Shown: positions 25,696-36,117 of the stretch, piece after piece | How the letters are laid out: the number at the start of each line of letters is the position of its first letter | Numbering within the stretch: position 1 is the stretch's first letter | Virus record (IMG/VR): IMGVR_UViG_3300047510_001118 | Location: 1 to 64,000 of that record | Reading direction: 5' to 3' (one strand) | Length of the DNA stretch: 64,000 bases | Translations under genes and position numbers: made by a program | Notes under the pieces: model-generated | Database searches by the model: none | Told to the model about the DNA's origin: nothing | Seen by the model: only the letters and a program-made list of their open reading frames with translations

Positions 25696-27734
25696 TTTTC
25701 GTGTGCGATAAATTCGCCGTTCCAGTTGGCTCCTAAATCTTGTTGTTTCATAAACTCACAACGTTCAATCCAGATCTTATAATACTTGTCCATCTGTCCA
25801 CCAAATAGTCCTTTCATCTTAGCACACATGGCGGCTGCTTCGTCAAACTTTTTCTGTTTATACAAGGCATGCATTTTGTCATGTTGTTCCTTGTCTTTAC
25901 TATAATCTTCGCCACGTGTACGAATTACTGTGTAAATTAAATCTGCTACAGTTTTACCCTTAGGCTGTAAGTTGTCTAATAGCAAGTAGAAGAAGTCGTC
26001 TTTGGTTCTGTTGTATGTTTCAGCACCAATGATAGCCAACACTCCGTAGGCTTTACAACGAGCTTCTAATCGAGCCGCAGTACTAACCATGTCACCTAAG
26101 ATGTCGTAACTGTGTCTATCAGTTGATCCCATCTCGCCAATAAAGCCAATGCCTGTGTTACAACCCCAACCCATAGCCGCAGGCGGTAATCCTTGTGCTT
26201 CCATTTCTTTGGTATAAGCATCAACGGCATCCAACATCTCTAAACCAACTTTAACAATAGTGTGTGCGTGATTGGGATCATCAATCGGAGCACCATGTAT
26301 GTGCATACTCGCATCGCCTACATACTTAATAACCATACCTTTGTTATCCATAATAGGTTTACTGATGCTGTCCATGTAGCCGTTCATATATTTGCCAAGT
26401 CCAGCAACATCGTCTCCATAGTGTTCACCAATCGGTGTGAAGCCGCGCAAGTCACTAAACATAACTGATACGTCTTTGCGAACACCACGCTTGATTAAGT
26501 CTGGATCCTTTTGTAGCATCTCTACTACTTCTTTAGAGCAGTAGCCAGCAAACTGTTTCTTAATTGCCTGCTTCTGTAAGAATTCGCTTACAAACTTAAC
26601 GCCATAACAATGAAGAGCAACGATAATAAGCCCAAACGTGATTGCAGTCGCGTCCGCCAAGACGAGCCAATTATTGAAAGCGTAGATAGTACCAGGAACG
26701 ATGGCACCAATAGTAACCACAGTAGCACCAATGCCAACATAAGTCCACCTCGATAAGAAAATTAATAATATGCCAATTCCTAGTAATGCTAGAATTTCAA
26801 CACCGGCGGCATAGTCAGGTCGTTGAATTGTTACACCATTTATCATTGTGCCTAATACTGCGGCTTGTACATCCTGCGGCCATGTTCCTTGAACTGGTGT
26901 TGGCACAGGGTTACCTAAACCTGTAGCGGCAACACCTACAATAACTACAGCACCAGCAAAGTCTTTAGGAAGGTTAACTGCTGAAGCAGACTTTGAACGT
27001 TGACTCCAGTCAATCCATACACGACCTTTGTCGTCTGTGGCAATAGGACCAAACTTTGGTATGCGCATTTTTTCTACGCCGCCTTCGAACAACTTAATCT
27101 GTGTTGTTGAATCTCCTGCAGCCACACGTAATGCTTCCATAGCAATACTAGGATAGACTACACCGTCAACGGCAATTACCAAAGGCATTCGTCTTACTAC
27201 GTTGTCGTTTTCTTCTTCGGTGTGAATAGTTCCTGTGCCAACTGCACGACTTTCAAGCACAGGTACGTTGGCCATTATGCCAGCATACTGTGTTATTTGA
27301 TTAGCATACTCGTTTTTAATTACTGCTGTACTAGGTTGTCGAGGAGTATTCTTATTTTTATTTTCTGGAGTGTTTGGCAGTATTACAGGAAACTTGTTCA
27401 TAGTTTCTGCTAGGACACGATCCTTACCAAATCTATCTTCCTCTGACAGTAGTATATTAAACACAACCAGTCCTGCGTTACGTTTGTACAAGTCTTCAAT
27501 TATCTTAGCGTAAACATCTCTAGGGAAAGGATACTGCCCGTATTTGGCTATAGTATCTTCATCAATGTTTACTGTGTAAATGTTGTTTTCAGTAGGTGCT
27601 TTGGCCGTTATTAATTCGTCAAAGTATTTCAAACGAACATTCTCAACAAACGAAGGGTCTGCAATTCGTATGCCCACTACTAACGCTAGGGTTAGTAGGG
27701 CAGTCCAAGGGCTTAAAAGAAATTTTTTCATCAT
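25692..27734 (-). CDS. CHASE2-domain class III adenylate/guanylate cyclase
   Basis: CHASE2, 3 TM, FSDLRGFT, KYVGD, AARLE. Confidence 0.92.
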   Translation of the reverse strand: MMKKFLLSPWTALLTLALVVGIRIADPSFVENVRLKYFDELITAKAPTENNIYTVNIDEDTIAKYGQYPFPRDVYAKIIEDLYKRNAGLVVFNILLSEEDRFGKDRVLAETMNKFPVILPNTPENKNKNTPRQPSTAVIKNEYANQITQYAGIMANVPVLESRAVGTGTIHTEEENDNVVRRMPLVIAVDGVVYPSIAMEALRVAAGDSTTQIKLFEGGVEKMRIPKFGPIATDDKGRVWIDWSQRSKSASAVNLPKDFAGAVVIVGVAATGLGNPVPTPVQGTWPQDVQAAVLGTMINGVTIQRPDYAAGVEILALLGIGILLIFLSRWTYVGIGATVVTIGAIVPGTIYAFNNWLVLADATAITFGLIIVALHCYGVKFVSEFLQKQAIKKQFAGYCSKEVVEMLQKDPDLIKRGVRKDVSVMFSDLRGFTPIGEHYGDDVAGLGKYMNGYMDSISKPIMDNKGMVIKYVGDASMHIHGAPIDDPNHAHTIVKVGLEMLDAVDAYTKEMEAQGLPPAAMGWGCNTGIGFIGEMGSTDRHSYDILGDMVSTAARLEARCKAYGVLAIIGAETYNRTKDDFFYLLLDNLQPKGKTVADLIYTVIRTRGEDYSKDKEQHDKMHALYKQKKFDEAAAMCAKMKGLFGGQMDKYYKIWIERCEFMKQQDLGANWNGEFIAHEK

Positions 27735-27778
27735 ACTATATTTAACTTAAATAACGAGTCAAAAATAAGGAGAGTTAA

Positions 27779-28141
27779 GTGAGTACATATTGGGGTTATC
27801 ATTTAATGTTAGACTGTAGCGGCTGCGATATTGAAGCAGTTTCCAGTCGAGAAAACATTTATAAATTTATTAAAGATTTAGTACAACGTATTGATATGGT
27901 AGCACACGGAGAACCAGTAATTGAGCATTTATTGCCCGGCGACCCAAAACAAGGATATAGTTTAATGCAGTTAATTACTACCAGTAACATTTGCGGTCAT
28001 TTTATGGAACTAGATGGAACAGCATATTTTGATGTGTTTAGTTGTAAACCATTTGATCTTGAAATTGCTAAAATGGTAGTTAATGAATATTTTCATCCTA
28101 AGAAAATGCGTGTAAATTTTCTAACACGACATGCTGATTGA
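27779..28141 (+). CDS. speD: S-adenosylmethionine decarboxylase proenzyme
   Basis: G.HL.LD, TTSNICGH, YFDVFSCK. Confidence 0.8.
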   Translation: MSTYWGYHLMLDCSGCDIEAVSSRENIYKFIKDLVQRIDMVAHGEPVIEHLLPGDPKQGYSLMQLITTSNICGHFMELDGTAYFDVFSCKPFDLEIAKMVVNEYFHPKKMRVNFLTRHAD

Positions 28142-28847
28142 TTTTGTAAAAACTCCTTATACCACAGGTCCTAACATGGTTCGCAACACAGGACCTGTTT
28201 TTATATCTCACCCCAATCAAGAAATAATACAACAGAAAAAAATTGAATTAGAAAGACACGGTGCTGACCTTTGGGCACAAGAACCCCGAGTAGATCAGAT
28301 TGTAAAAAAAGCCGCAGAACAGTGTAATGTCTATACAGACGATATTATAGATCTTGCTTTGATGTTAGAAGAAGATGTTGCTGTTATGCACAAAGGACGA
28401 CTAGCGGCAATTTGTTTTTGTTTTCCTAGTGGATTTATTCCCAGCGAACGTATAGGTATGCTGTTAGGTGATATACACAGACCTGTAGGCGACGGTGAGC
28501 AGTTAGTTAAAGCCAGTCCCGGTATTGCTCGTGTTATGACCGAACAACCAAGTTTTCGCAGATATGTTTGGACGGTAACTAATAATCCAAATCTCAGTAA
28601 TCATCCCAGTACAAGAATAGATACGATTCCACAATCAATGGACGATCTTTACTTCCGTTGGGAAACGCAGACCACTGCTAGAGTCGATAATGATACTAGT
28701 TTATTTTTTGTAAAGATGGATGTGGTGCCATTGAGAACAGTTTGGAATAGTAAAATATTAGACAGCATTAATTCTATGACCGATACTGTTTTAACTTATA
28801 AAAATTTACATCACATTAAACAATTACTAAACAGTCGGGAAAAGTAA
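28131..28847 (+). CDS. DUF3445 / heme-dependent oxidative N-demethylase-like protein
   Basis: EED..., AAICFCFPSG, IH.PV, R..W, R.E.QT. Confidence 0.7.
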   Translation: MLIDFVKTPYTTGPNMVRNTGPVFISHPNQEIIQQKKIELERHGADLWAQEPRVDQIVKKAAEQCNVYTDDIIDLALMLEEDVAVMHKGRLAAICFCFPSGFIPSERIGMLLGDIHRPVGDGEQLVKASPGIARVMTEQPSFRRYVWTVTNNPNLSNHPSTRIDTIPQSMDDLYFRWETQTTARVDNDTSLFFVKMDVVPLRTVWNSKILDSINSMTDTVLTYKNLHHIKQLLNSREK

Positions 28848-28876
28848 CTTACATAAACTATATTTGTTTAAGTCAT

Positions 28877-28903
28877 AAAAAAAGCCCCAGGAGGGGCTTT
28901 TTT
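28877..28903. terminator. bidirectional terminator
   Basis: aaaaaaagcccc-agga-ggggcttttt. Confidence 0.8.
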
Positions 28904-28916
28904 GTGAGTGTGTAAT

Positions 28917-31043
28917 TTAGAATAACCACTTAATAGTTGCCTGTACAATATTATTGACTACTCCGCCTTGACGTTGTTGTACAACATTGACTCCACCTAG
29001 CACATTCTTATCAGGAGTAAAACTTGCGCCTGCTTTGACTGTGGTAATGTTATTGGAAGTCTGTCCTACCTCTGCTGTCAAGTTAACAGCATCAGTAACT
29101 TTGGCATCATAACGAACACCTGCTTCGCCTATGGTCTTAGTTTGATTTTGTCCGGCATAAGTCATTGCTGTCAAAGGAGTACCAGACTCTGTTAATCCTC
29201 CAACTGTACTGTTCTGTACTCTAACTCCAGCATATGGTCGGAAGCCTTCCATGTTGGGTGCGTAAAGTCTGTTGGCTAGCCAAACATCTGTACCATTGGT
29301 TTTGCCTGTGTTGCTCATACCTAGTTCGTCGATGTTGTGATAGTTAGAATAATTGTTGCGAGCAACTCCTAAATCACTCTTCAATAACCAACCTTCGTGA
29401 TTGTATAGACTGTATACACCAACGTGATTCTTTTCTAAACGGCCACCACTTTGATCGCCTGCTAGATTAGCAATAACATTGTTATACTGAGCACCTACAA
29501 TCCAATTACTTTCAATTTTCTTTTCGTGTCCAACACCAAAACGTGTAGTGTTCATACGATAAGTGTCTGAAGCATTACTACGCTGACCCTCAGCAATAAT
29601 ATAAGTCCAACCTTTTTCTTCAGTACCTGCTAGACCAGTTCTTGTAGACAACACTGAATCTTTGCCGTCATGACGATCCAACACATTGCTGTCTAAAGTC
29701 ATATTGATTCTAGTGTTGGCCTTAGACATATAATCATACTGATCAATGCGTGTTGAATATGCTTGATCTTGACTGGCAGTTTGTACATCATCTACTGTGT
29801 TAGTTGCCACTGCGACTTGATTAGCAGTGGTTACAGTAGTAGTTGGTGTACCGTTCACAGTCTGTGTGGTATTGTCACTGTAGGTGTTAACTGTAGTAGG
29901 TGTTGTAGTTGTGGTAGTAGTTACAGGAGTTGTACTTGTAACAGTCGTTGTCACTGGTGTTGTAGAAACATTGGTAGTATTTCTATTAATACTTAAAACT
30001 TTACTTTCACCTGTTCGTGTATCTGTAATAGTAGTTACGAGAACAGTAACGCCTGTGGCAATGACTACATCAGTAGTTGTCGGACCACTTACTGAATTCG
30101 ATGTAACGATTGGTGTACCTGGGGCACTGCTTACTATTGTTGGTGATGATGTAGTACTTCCTGGACTGCTAGGAGCACTGGTCCCTGGGTTTGGAGCAAC
30201 AGCACCAAACGTTGTACCGTTTTGTAAAGTTGTTCCTTGTTGCTCGTCAACTAGTAGTACAGGACTGAGAGCAGTGTCATCTAAGTTAAACACAGCAAAC
30301 CCCAACTGATATGTACCAGTAGTGTCTACACTGTATGTGGAAACCTGCCAGCCTGTTGATCCAAATGTACCAGCACTGTAGTCACCTGTGCCTGGATTAG
30401 TAAATCCTAACAAGGCATAATTTTGTGCGTAGTTGTTAACTGTGGTATTTCCTGTTGTTCCAGACATTGGAGTTAATGTTGTAATAGAACCATCGTTAAA
30501 AGGCACATAGTCTGTGCCAATGTAGTTCCAAGACATATTATATGTTGTTCCAGCAGTCAGTGTAACTGTTCTATAAGTATAGGCCAAGTTAGTGATTGAA
30601 CCCGATCCGAAACCACTGGCCTGTGCCTGTGTCTGTAACAAAGAACTTAGACTGGAAATCTGTGTAGATGTTAAACCTAGCTCTGTTCCTACTGTTGACC
30701 AATTAGTTTGCGCATTAGGTTGTAGTGCCAACATATTATTACCATAGGCACTGAATGTCCATGTAGCAGGACTAACTGGAGGTTGATAATAAGCACTGCC
30801 TGCGGTGCCTGCTCCTGGATGACTACCGGCACTAAAAGTCACAGTTCCTGGCGTACCTGTAATAAGACTTACACCTGTGCCGCTGCCAGTGATTGTTGTT
30901 GTCATTGTGCCGGTATTGTCGGCACCAATGGTCCAACCTGAAGTGTTTCCACTTTCAAAGCCCATATTTGAATCTGTCCATTGTGCCAAGGCACTGGTAG
31001 ACATTAGAGCCGCAACTGTGGCGGCAATTATAGTTTTTTTCAT
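28917..31043 (-). CDS. autotransporter-like surface protein
   Basis: Signal peptide, passenger domain, Thr-rich stalk, beta-barrel ending in Phe. Confidence 0.75.
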   Translation of the reverse strand: MKKTIIAATVAALMSTSALAQWTDSNMGFESGNTSGWTIGADNTGTMTTTITGSGTGVSLITGTPGTVTFSAGSHPGAGTAGSAYYQPPVSPATWTFSAYGNNMLALQPNAQTNWSTVGTELGLTSTQISSLSSLLQTQAQASGFGSGSITNLAYTYRTVTLTAGTTYNMSWNYIGTDYVPFNDGSITTLTPMSGTTGNTTVNNYAQNYALLGFTNPGTGDYSAGTFGSTGWQVSTYSVDTTGTYQLGFAVFNLDDTALSPVLLVDEQQGTTLQNGTTFGAVAPNPGTSAPSSPGSTTSSPTIVSSAPGTPIVTSNSVSGPTTTDVVIATGVTVLVTTITDTRTGESKVLSINRNTTNVSTTPVTTTVTSTTPVTTTTTTTPTTVNTYSDNTTQTVNGTPTTTVTTANQVAVATNTVDDVQTASQDQAYSTRIDQYDYMSKANTRINMTLDSNVLDRHDGKDSVLSTRTGLAGTEEKGWTYIIAEGQRSNASDTYRMNTTRFGVGHEKKIESNWIVGAQYNNVIANLAGDQSGGRLEKNHVGVYSLYNHEGWLLKSDLGVARNNYSNYHNIDELGMSNTGKTNGTDVWLANRLYAPNMEGFRPYAGVRVQNSTVGGLTESGTPLTAMTYAGQNQTKTIGEAGVRYDAKVTDAVNLTAEVGQTSNNITTVKAGASFTPDKNVLGGVNVVQQRQGGVVNNIVQATIKWLF

Positions 31044-31118
31044 GTTTCGCTCCTGCCCATCGTTTCGCTCCCGGGCTACGTATATTTAAAACTTATTGGA
31101 GAATGATTATGCTATCAG

Positions 31119-32222
31119 TTAATTCTGTGTGATAGTTACAGTGCTAGTGGCGCCCTTATTAACGTTCTGTATAATAGTTTGGCCGCTTTGAATTAATGTA
31201 TATGTTACGCTTTTAGTTGTGTCAAATGTAGCAGTAGCATTATGTGTGCCCGCTTTATATAAGGTAACTTTAGTCTGGTCGTCATTAAAATAATATAAAA
31301 GTCCTAACGACTTATTAGCGTTATATCCAGGCAATATAGGATTATCTAATTCGTCTCCTAATAGTGAAGCATTTTGTCTATCCAATTCATTCAATTCATT
31401 GAATGCTAAGAGATCCGAGTCTAAGTCATTTCTGTCTAATGCTTTGTTGTCATCTAATTTATTAGTTTCTAATGCTGTGTATTTTAATAAGTCAACATCT
31501 AACTCATTAAAGTCTAATATACTTTTTTCTTTCTTTGTTACGCCGGCACGGGTGTCATCTTGAACTTCAGGAGGTTTACTAATAATTAACATATTGTTAA
31601 TGTTGGCTTGATCAATTTTAATCACAGTCGGAGTGCTTGGCGGAGAATTTTGAGAGTTTACCAGTGTGGCTTGATAAGGAATATCTAATAGCACTACACC
31701 TGCTAGGTTGCTAACTTCAATTGCTCCAGTTACACAGCCACCGTTTGGAGCACAACTAGGAAGAAGCATGATTAAACTACGGCCTAATTCGTCCACAGTC
31801 ATTGAAAAATCTGTGCCACGGACAGCAATACTAGCGGTGGGTGTTTTTATTGCCACCTGTTGTGGATTGTTTTTAGCAATCTGTCCACTGGCATATCGTG
31901 CTGTGCCTAAGGCCATGTTTATGGCCAGTTTTCCTGAACCTTTCTTTGAATCATAGACAAAATCATCTATGATCATTTTGCTATGCTCTGTAAGTTTGAC
32001 TGTGGTCTTATCTTCAAAAGTCAGCTCAGCCTTTGCCTTGGCCGTACTCACTGTATCATTCATTTGTACAGCCGTATTTAAACTAGACGAGATGGATTTT
32101 TTATCTCGTATAATTTCTGTAGGACCAGTCTGCTCAGTAACCTTGCCTATAGCGGCATGGCTATTAATCGGACTGAGTAACAACAACGTTGTTATTAGAA
32201 CCGTTGCTAGTGATAACTGCAT
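31119..32222 (-). CDS. FecR-domain protein
   Basis: F.D.T...L, IKTPTASIAVRGTDF. Confidence 0.85.
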   Translation of the reverse strand: MQLSLATVLITTLLLLSPINSHAAIGKVTEQTGPTEIIRDKKSISSSLNTAVQMNDTVSTAKAKAELTFEDKTTVKLTEHSKMIIDDFVYDSKKGSGKLAINMALGTARYASGQIAKNNPQQVAIKTPTASIAVRGTDFSMTVDELGRSLIMLLPSCAPNGGCVTGAIEVSNLAGVVLLDIPYQATLVNSQNSPPSTPTVIKIDQANINNMLIISKPPEVQDDTRAGVTKKEKSILDFNELDVDLLKYTALETNKLDDNKALDRNDLDSDLLAFNELNELDRQNASLLGDELDNPILPGYNANKSLGLLYYFNDDQTKVTLYKAGTHNATATFDTTKSVTYTLIQSGQTIIQNVNKGATSTVTITQN

Positions 32223-32835
32223 TTTTGGCTGTTGCTCCGCTTTGTGTTAGTGTTACTGCGTTAGCAACACTGCTTGTTCCGCTGCCTGATACAGTGATTT
32301 CTCCTGAATGTTGTCCTACACCAGATGCTGTGTGCGTTACATTGTTATAGTTTCCATTAACTGCAATTTTACTCTGTAATACACCGCCACTTAGCGTCTG
32401 TACGGTATTATTGTTATTACCCGTAATTTCAGATCTAATAATACTAGCATTACATGTTGAACTTAGAGCAGTGCCGCAACCAATAGTTTGAGTATTGTTG
32501 CTACCGTCTGCTGAAACTACAACAGTAGATCCGGTTCCATTAGTTTCGTTGTTGATAATAATACTCGCAATGTTGCCAGCACCGATCTGACTGATAGTTA
32601 CATCATTAAGATCACCACGAATTATCGCGGCATCATCAGCGTTGCCAGTACCTCCCACGTTACCATTGACCATGTTGCCTGCGCCAGTTTGTGTAATCGA
32701 AACCGACGAGTTATCGCCAATCTGTTCTACGTACACGTCGTTGGCCCACGCTCCCGTTGACATCATTCCAGATGTCACTAGAATTGCGAGTAATTTTCTC
32801 GACAACTCGCTACCGCCTGTCATTCTTTTCTTCAT
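32164..32835 (-). CDS. curlin-repeat protein (CsgA/CsgB-like)
   Basis: Repeated xQxGxxN units after a signal peptide. Confidence 0.7.
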   Translation of the reverse strand: MKKRMTGGSELSRKLLAILVTSGMMSTGAWANDVYVEQIGDNSSVSITQTGAGNMVNGNVGGTGNADDAAIIRGDLNDVTISQIGAGNIASIIINNETNGTGSTVVVSADGSNNTQTIGCGTALSSTCNASIIRSEITGNNNNTVQTLSGGVLQSKIAVNGNYNNVTHTASGVGQHSGEITVSGSGTSSVANAVTLTQSGATAKNAVITSNGSNNNVVVTQSD

Positions 32836-32922
32836 TTTATTCGCTCCAGATGCAAGTTAAAGTTTATTAATGCATCTAATATTAAAGTTTTTTGTTTGTC
32901 CTTTCTCATGCTTACTCTGCTC

Positions 32923-34047
32923 CTAAGGTTTGTCCGTTGTAAGCATGTCATTTCTTACGAACCCACCCCTTCCGTTTTTACTCTTAACGGTACTCCATTC
33001 CTGATTATGAACTGTGACTGTGACTTCTGTGCCTTTTTCAAAAAACCAAACTCTTGTACTGTTATCATCATCTGTTCTTCTTACATAATAATGATTGTTA
33101 AAATACATAGTTGAACCATTTATAATTTCTTTTTTAGGTCTTGGTCCAATTTCCGTTCCGTAGTCCCCGGCCTTGCTTTCTGTCTTAGTTTCTGCTCCTG
33201 TTGTTGCAGGCGGCGCATCTGTTGTAACAGGCTTGACATCATCTTTCTTCTCCTCTATAACAGCAGGTTTAGAAACCTTGTATCTCCATAAACCCTTTTT
33301 CTGACCTTCAACAATCATATCATGTACTGCTTGCTCGATAGCCACACGCACAGCATAGGTAGTTGGTTCGTTTAATGCCATACCATTTTCTAATTCAAGT
33401 GCTTTAGTTCCTGCGTCTACAAATCTTAGAACACCTACGTTGTGTTGTGTGCTATAGATAGTCTTACTAACAGCATTGGTGATTAACACTTCTCCGCTGT
33501 TTACGCTGACTAATCTTAGGCTAATAACAATCTCATCTACACGATATTGTTGGCTTCCGCCAATGCCTAAAAATCTAGCACCGTTTCCGCCGCTTCTTAT
33601 ATTGGTGTCGTAACCGATGATACCACCCTCAATCATTACGCCAGCCACTGTCATTGGTTTAAGGGGCTTGGCATCTTTGCCCTCATAAACTTCCCGTTGG
33701 TTGCGAATCAATTGTCTTTCTTTTATGAGATTATCTAACCCGACACGTTCGACCACCTTAAACCAACCCTTTGCGTCCTGTAGTGCTTTAATTAAAAACA
33801 CTTCAGAACCCTGTGTCACAGCCTTGCTGAACACTGCTAATCTATCATTGGGCTTCATTTGCCCAGTTTTATCTAAAAATCCATAAACAGCAATGGTAAT
33901 CGGTGGACCATCCAATTCTGGCAATTTATTAATTAGATTTTCTCTTGGCTGAAGAGCTATTGGCTCTTCTTTAGATGCTTCCATCTGTATATGGGCGCAT
34001 CCTGACAGCGCAGTGGCTACTAATAATGTTAATAGTAATCGTTTCAT
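32923..34047 (-). CDS. csgG: curli secretion lipoprotein CsgG with SH3-like C-terminal domain
   Basis: LSGC lipobox, F.DKTGQ.K, VVERVGLDNL.KERQ.IR. Confidence 0.9.
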   Translation of the reverse strand: MKRLLLTLLVATALSGCAHIQMEASKEEPIALQPRENLINKLPELDGPPITIAVYGFLDKTGQMKPNDRLAVFSKAVTQGSEVFLIKALQDAKGWFKVVERVGLDNLIKERQLIRNQREVYEGKDAKPLKPMTVAGVMIEGGIIGYDTNIRSGGNGARFLGIGGSQQYRVDEIVISLRLVSVNSGEVLITNAVSKTIYSTQHNVGVLRFVDAGTKALELENGMALNEPTTYAVRVAIEQAVHDMIVEGQKKGLWRYKVSKPAVIEEKKDDVKPVTTDAPPATTGAETKTESKAGDYGTEIGPRPKKEIINGSTMYFNNHYYVRRTDDDNSTRVWFFEKGTEVTVTVHNQEWSTVKSKNGRGGFVRNDMLTTDKP

Positions 34048-34490
34048 TAGAACGCAAAGCTCGCTATCGGTACAACGATTTCAGTTCTACTACCGTTCGC
34101 TTCGATAATAGTTAAGGTAACATCTGTACCTGATTTTACCCAACTTATGCTAGTTCCTTGGAAGTTCATACTTCCGCTGTTACCACCGCCTTCAGCAAAC
34201 ATTTGATCTGCTAGTTGTTTAGATAACTGCGCATATATACGTGCTTCTACGTTGACTAGGAACTTGCTTAAATTTGTGCTTTTTGCGGCTGCTTCTGCTT
34301 TAGATATTGCAGCAAGCTCTTCTGATCGAATTTCTTTTTTCTTGTTCTCTTCCATTTGATGGATAGTAAGAACGTGTTGACTATACCCATTGCCTGGAAT
34401 AAAGGCTGGGCTTTGAAATTGATGAACTAGCTCTGCTTGAGCTGTACTAGCAGAGACTAGTGACAATAATACTAGTGCTCTTTTTAACAT
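34047..34490 (-). CDS. csgF: curli assembly protein CsgF-like
   Basis: ELVHQFQSPAF.G motif, adjacent to csgG. Confidence 0.8.
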   Translation of the reverse strand: MLKRALVLLSLVSASTAQAELVHQFQSPAFIPGNGYSQHVLTIHQMEENKKKEIRSEELAAISKAEAAAKSTNLSKFLVNVEARIYAQLSKQLADQMFAEGGGNSGSMNFQGTSISWVKSGTDVTLTIIEANGSRTEIVVPIASFAF

Positions 34491-34553
34491 GATTCGCTCC
34501 CGATAATCGGTATTATTATTTAAAGCAGAGCGAATTAGAATTAAACTATAAGT

Positions 34554-36107
34554 TTATTTGATAGAAAATCCCATTTTACCAACAGGTCTTCTAGTAGCAT
34601 AAAAATTACTGCTAGAGTCTAAACGAATAGTTCCTGTGAAAACGGGAGGATAGATAACTTCAAATCTTGAGAAATAAGCGCCTGAACTAGGTTTACCTAA
34701 TTCATCTTTAGTTGGTTTTTGTGTTAAGGTAGTTTTTACCTGTATCATATTAGAACGTTCTAGGATCGCTTTAAAGAACGCATCTGTTTTATAATCTTTG
34801 TTTACTTTGTTAGCAACACCAGTGGCTACGCCTGCTAGTAAATGCCAACCCATTCTATAGTCTGGACGTTGATTATCGTCTGTGCCTTTTAGTTTTAAGA
34901 TTTCTGATAACCCGCCTAATTCTTCAGCGTCAACATATTGTTGATCACTGTCTATAATTTCCATTATAGATGTTGCCTGTGTGCTGTCTATTACACCTAG
35001 TTTAACACCAAGTTCTAATGTACTAGCGATAGCGCCATTCCTTTTCCATTGCTTACTGTTAGCAACATATCCCATATCAGGATTTTTAATAGTTTGAATT
35101 ATATCTAACAAAACATCAAATCCTGGATTGATTGCTGGATCAAAAAGTCCTTCATAGCGTTCTGGGTGATTGGTAATGTCGTCAACTACACCGCTTACAG
35201 ATGCTTTAGCACCACCTGCTTTATCTTTTGAACTTACACGTATTTTAAATTTATCATTAACTATCAGATAACTATCGTATAATTTTTCAGCAGGATCATC
35301 TGGGAAAGTAACTCCTCGTATTTGAGCAAAGTCAATGTCTAATCCTTCTTCTGCCTGCGCCCAAGAACCACTTAAGAATTTTTTCTTAACTAGAGCAATA
35401 GGCGCCGCTGTTTCGCCTAGATCGATTTCATAACTCTTAGCGTAATCTCCTGCTCCTGGTATAGGATTACTACTGCCTGATGAAACTTCTTTTAATAGTT
35501 GTACAACCTGGGTTTTAACTGCGTCAGGAAGATCTTCTCTGCCCTGTATTGTAGATTCTACTTTTGTTGTAATTTCATCAATAAGTATTTCTTCGTTAGT
35601 AGGAAGAATGCCCACAGGTTTAAGATTTGTTAGAGCTCGCTGTTGTACTCCAGATATTTTATCTTCTTCCCCTTCTTTGCCACTTAATTGTACATAACCA
35701 GTTAAATTGCTAAATTCTTTGGTTTGTAAAAATATTGGATATGCTCCGGGTTTCTTTGATTTTTTAAGTGCTATCCACGCTATATTTGTTTTTGAAGTTG
35801 TATCTTGAAAAATCATTACCAGTGCAGCACCTGCTTCGTTAGGTACTACTAATCCACCGCCTGCTGGCAGTGTTAGAACGTTAGTTTTAGGAACTTGGTT
35901 GTTTTCAATGTAATCTAAAATTTCTGGCAATATTTCATGATAGGAATCACGGCGGTCAGCATCCTGCGGAAATACCTGTGCTCCGATCATATTAATTACA
36001 TTACCGTCAGCGTTTTTAAAAGCCACACGTTTTCCGCGGCCTGCTTCTTCGGCTCTGCGGGACATTCCGCCCTCAGATTCAATTAGGATAAACTCTTTTG
36101 CTCTCAT
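34554..36107 (-). CDS. hypothetical virion-associated protein (MRAKEF start)
   Basis: Long ORF behind TAAATA late promoter. Confidence 0.7.
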   Translation of the reverse strand: MRAKEFILIESEGGMSRRAEEAGRGKRVAFKNADGNVINMIGAQVFPQDADRRDSYHEILPEILDYIENNQVPKTNVLTLPAGGGLVVPNEAGAALVMIFQDTTSKTNIAWIALKKSKKPGAYPIFLQTKEFSNLTGYVQLSGKEGEEDKISGVQQRALTNLKPVGILPTNEEILIDEITTKVESTIQGREDLPDAVKTQVVQLLKEVSSGSSNPIPGAGDYAKSYEIDLGETAAPIALVKKKFLSGSWAQAEEGLDIDFAQIRGVTFPDDPAEKLYDSYLIVNDKFKIRVSSKDKAGGAKASVSGVVDDITNHPERYEGLFDPAINPGFDVLLDIIQTIKNPDMGYVANSKQWKRNGAIASTLELGVKLGVIDSTQATSIMEIIDSDQQYVDAEELGGLSEILKLKGTDDNQRPDYRMGWHLLAGVATGVANKVNKDYKTDAFFKAILERSNMIQVKTTLTQKPTKDELGKPSSGAYFSRFEVIYPPVFTGTIRLDSSSNFYATRRPVGKMGFSIK

Positions 36108-36117
36108 AATACAATAT

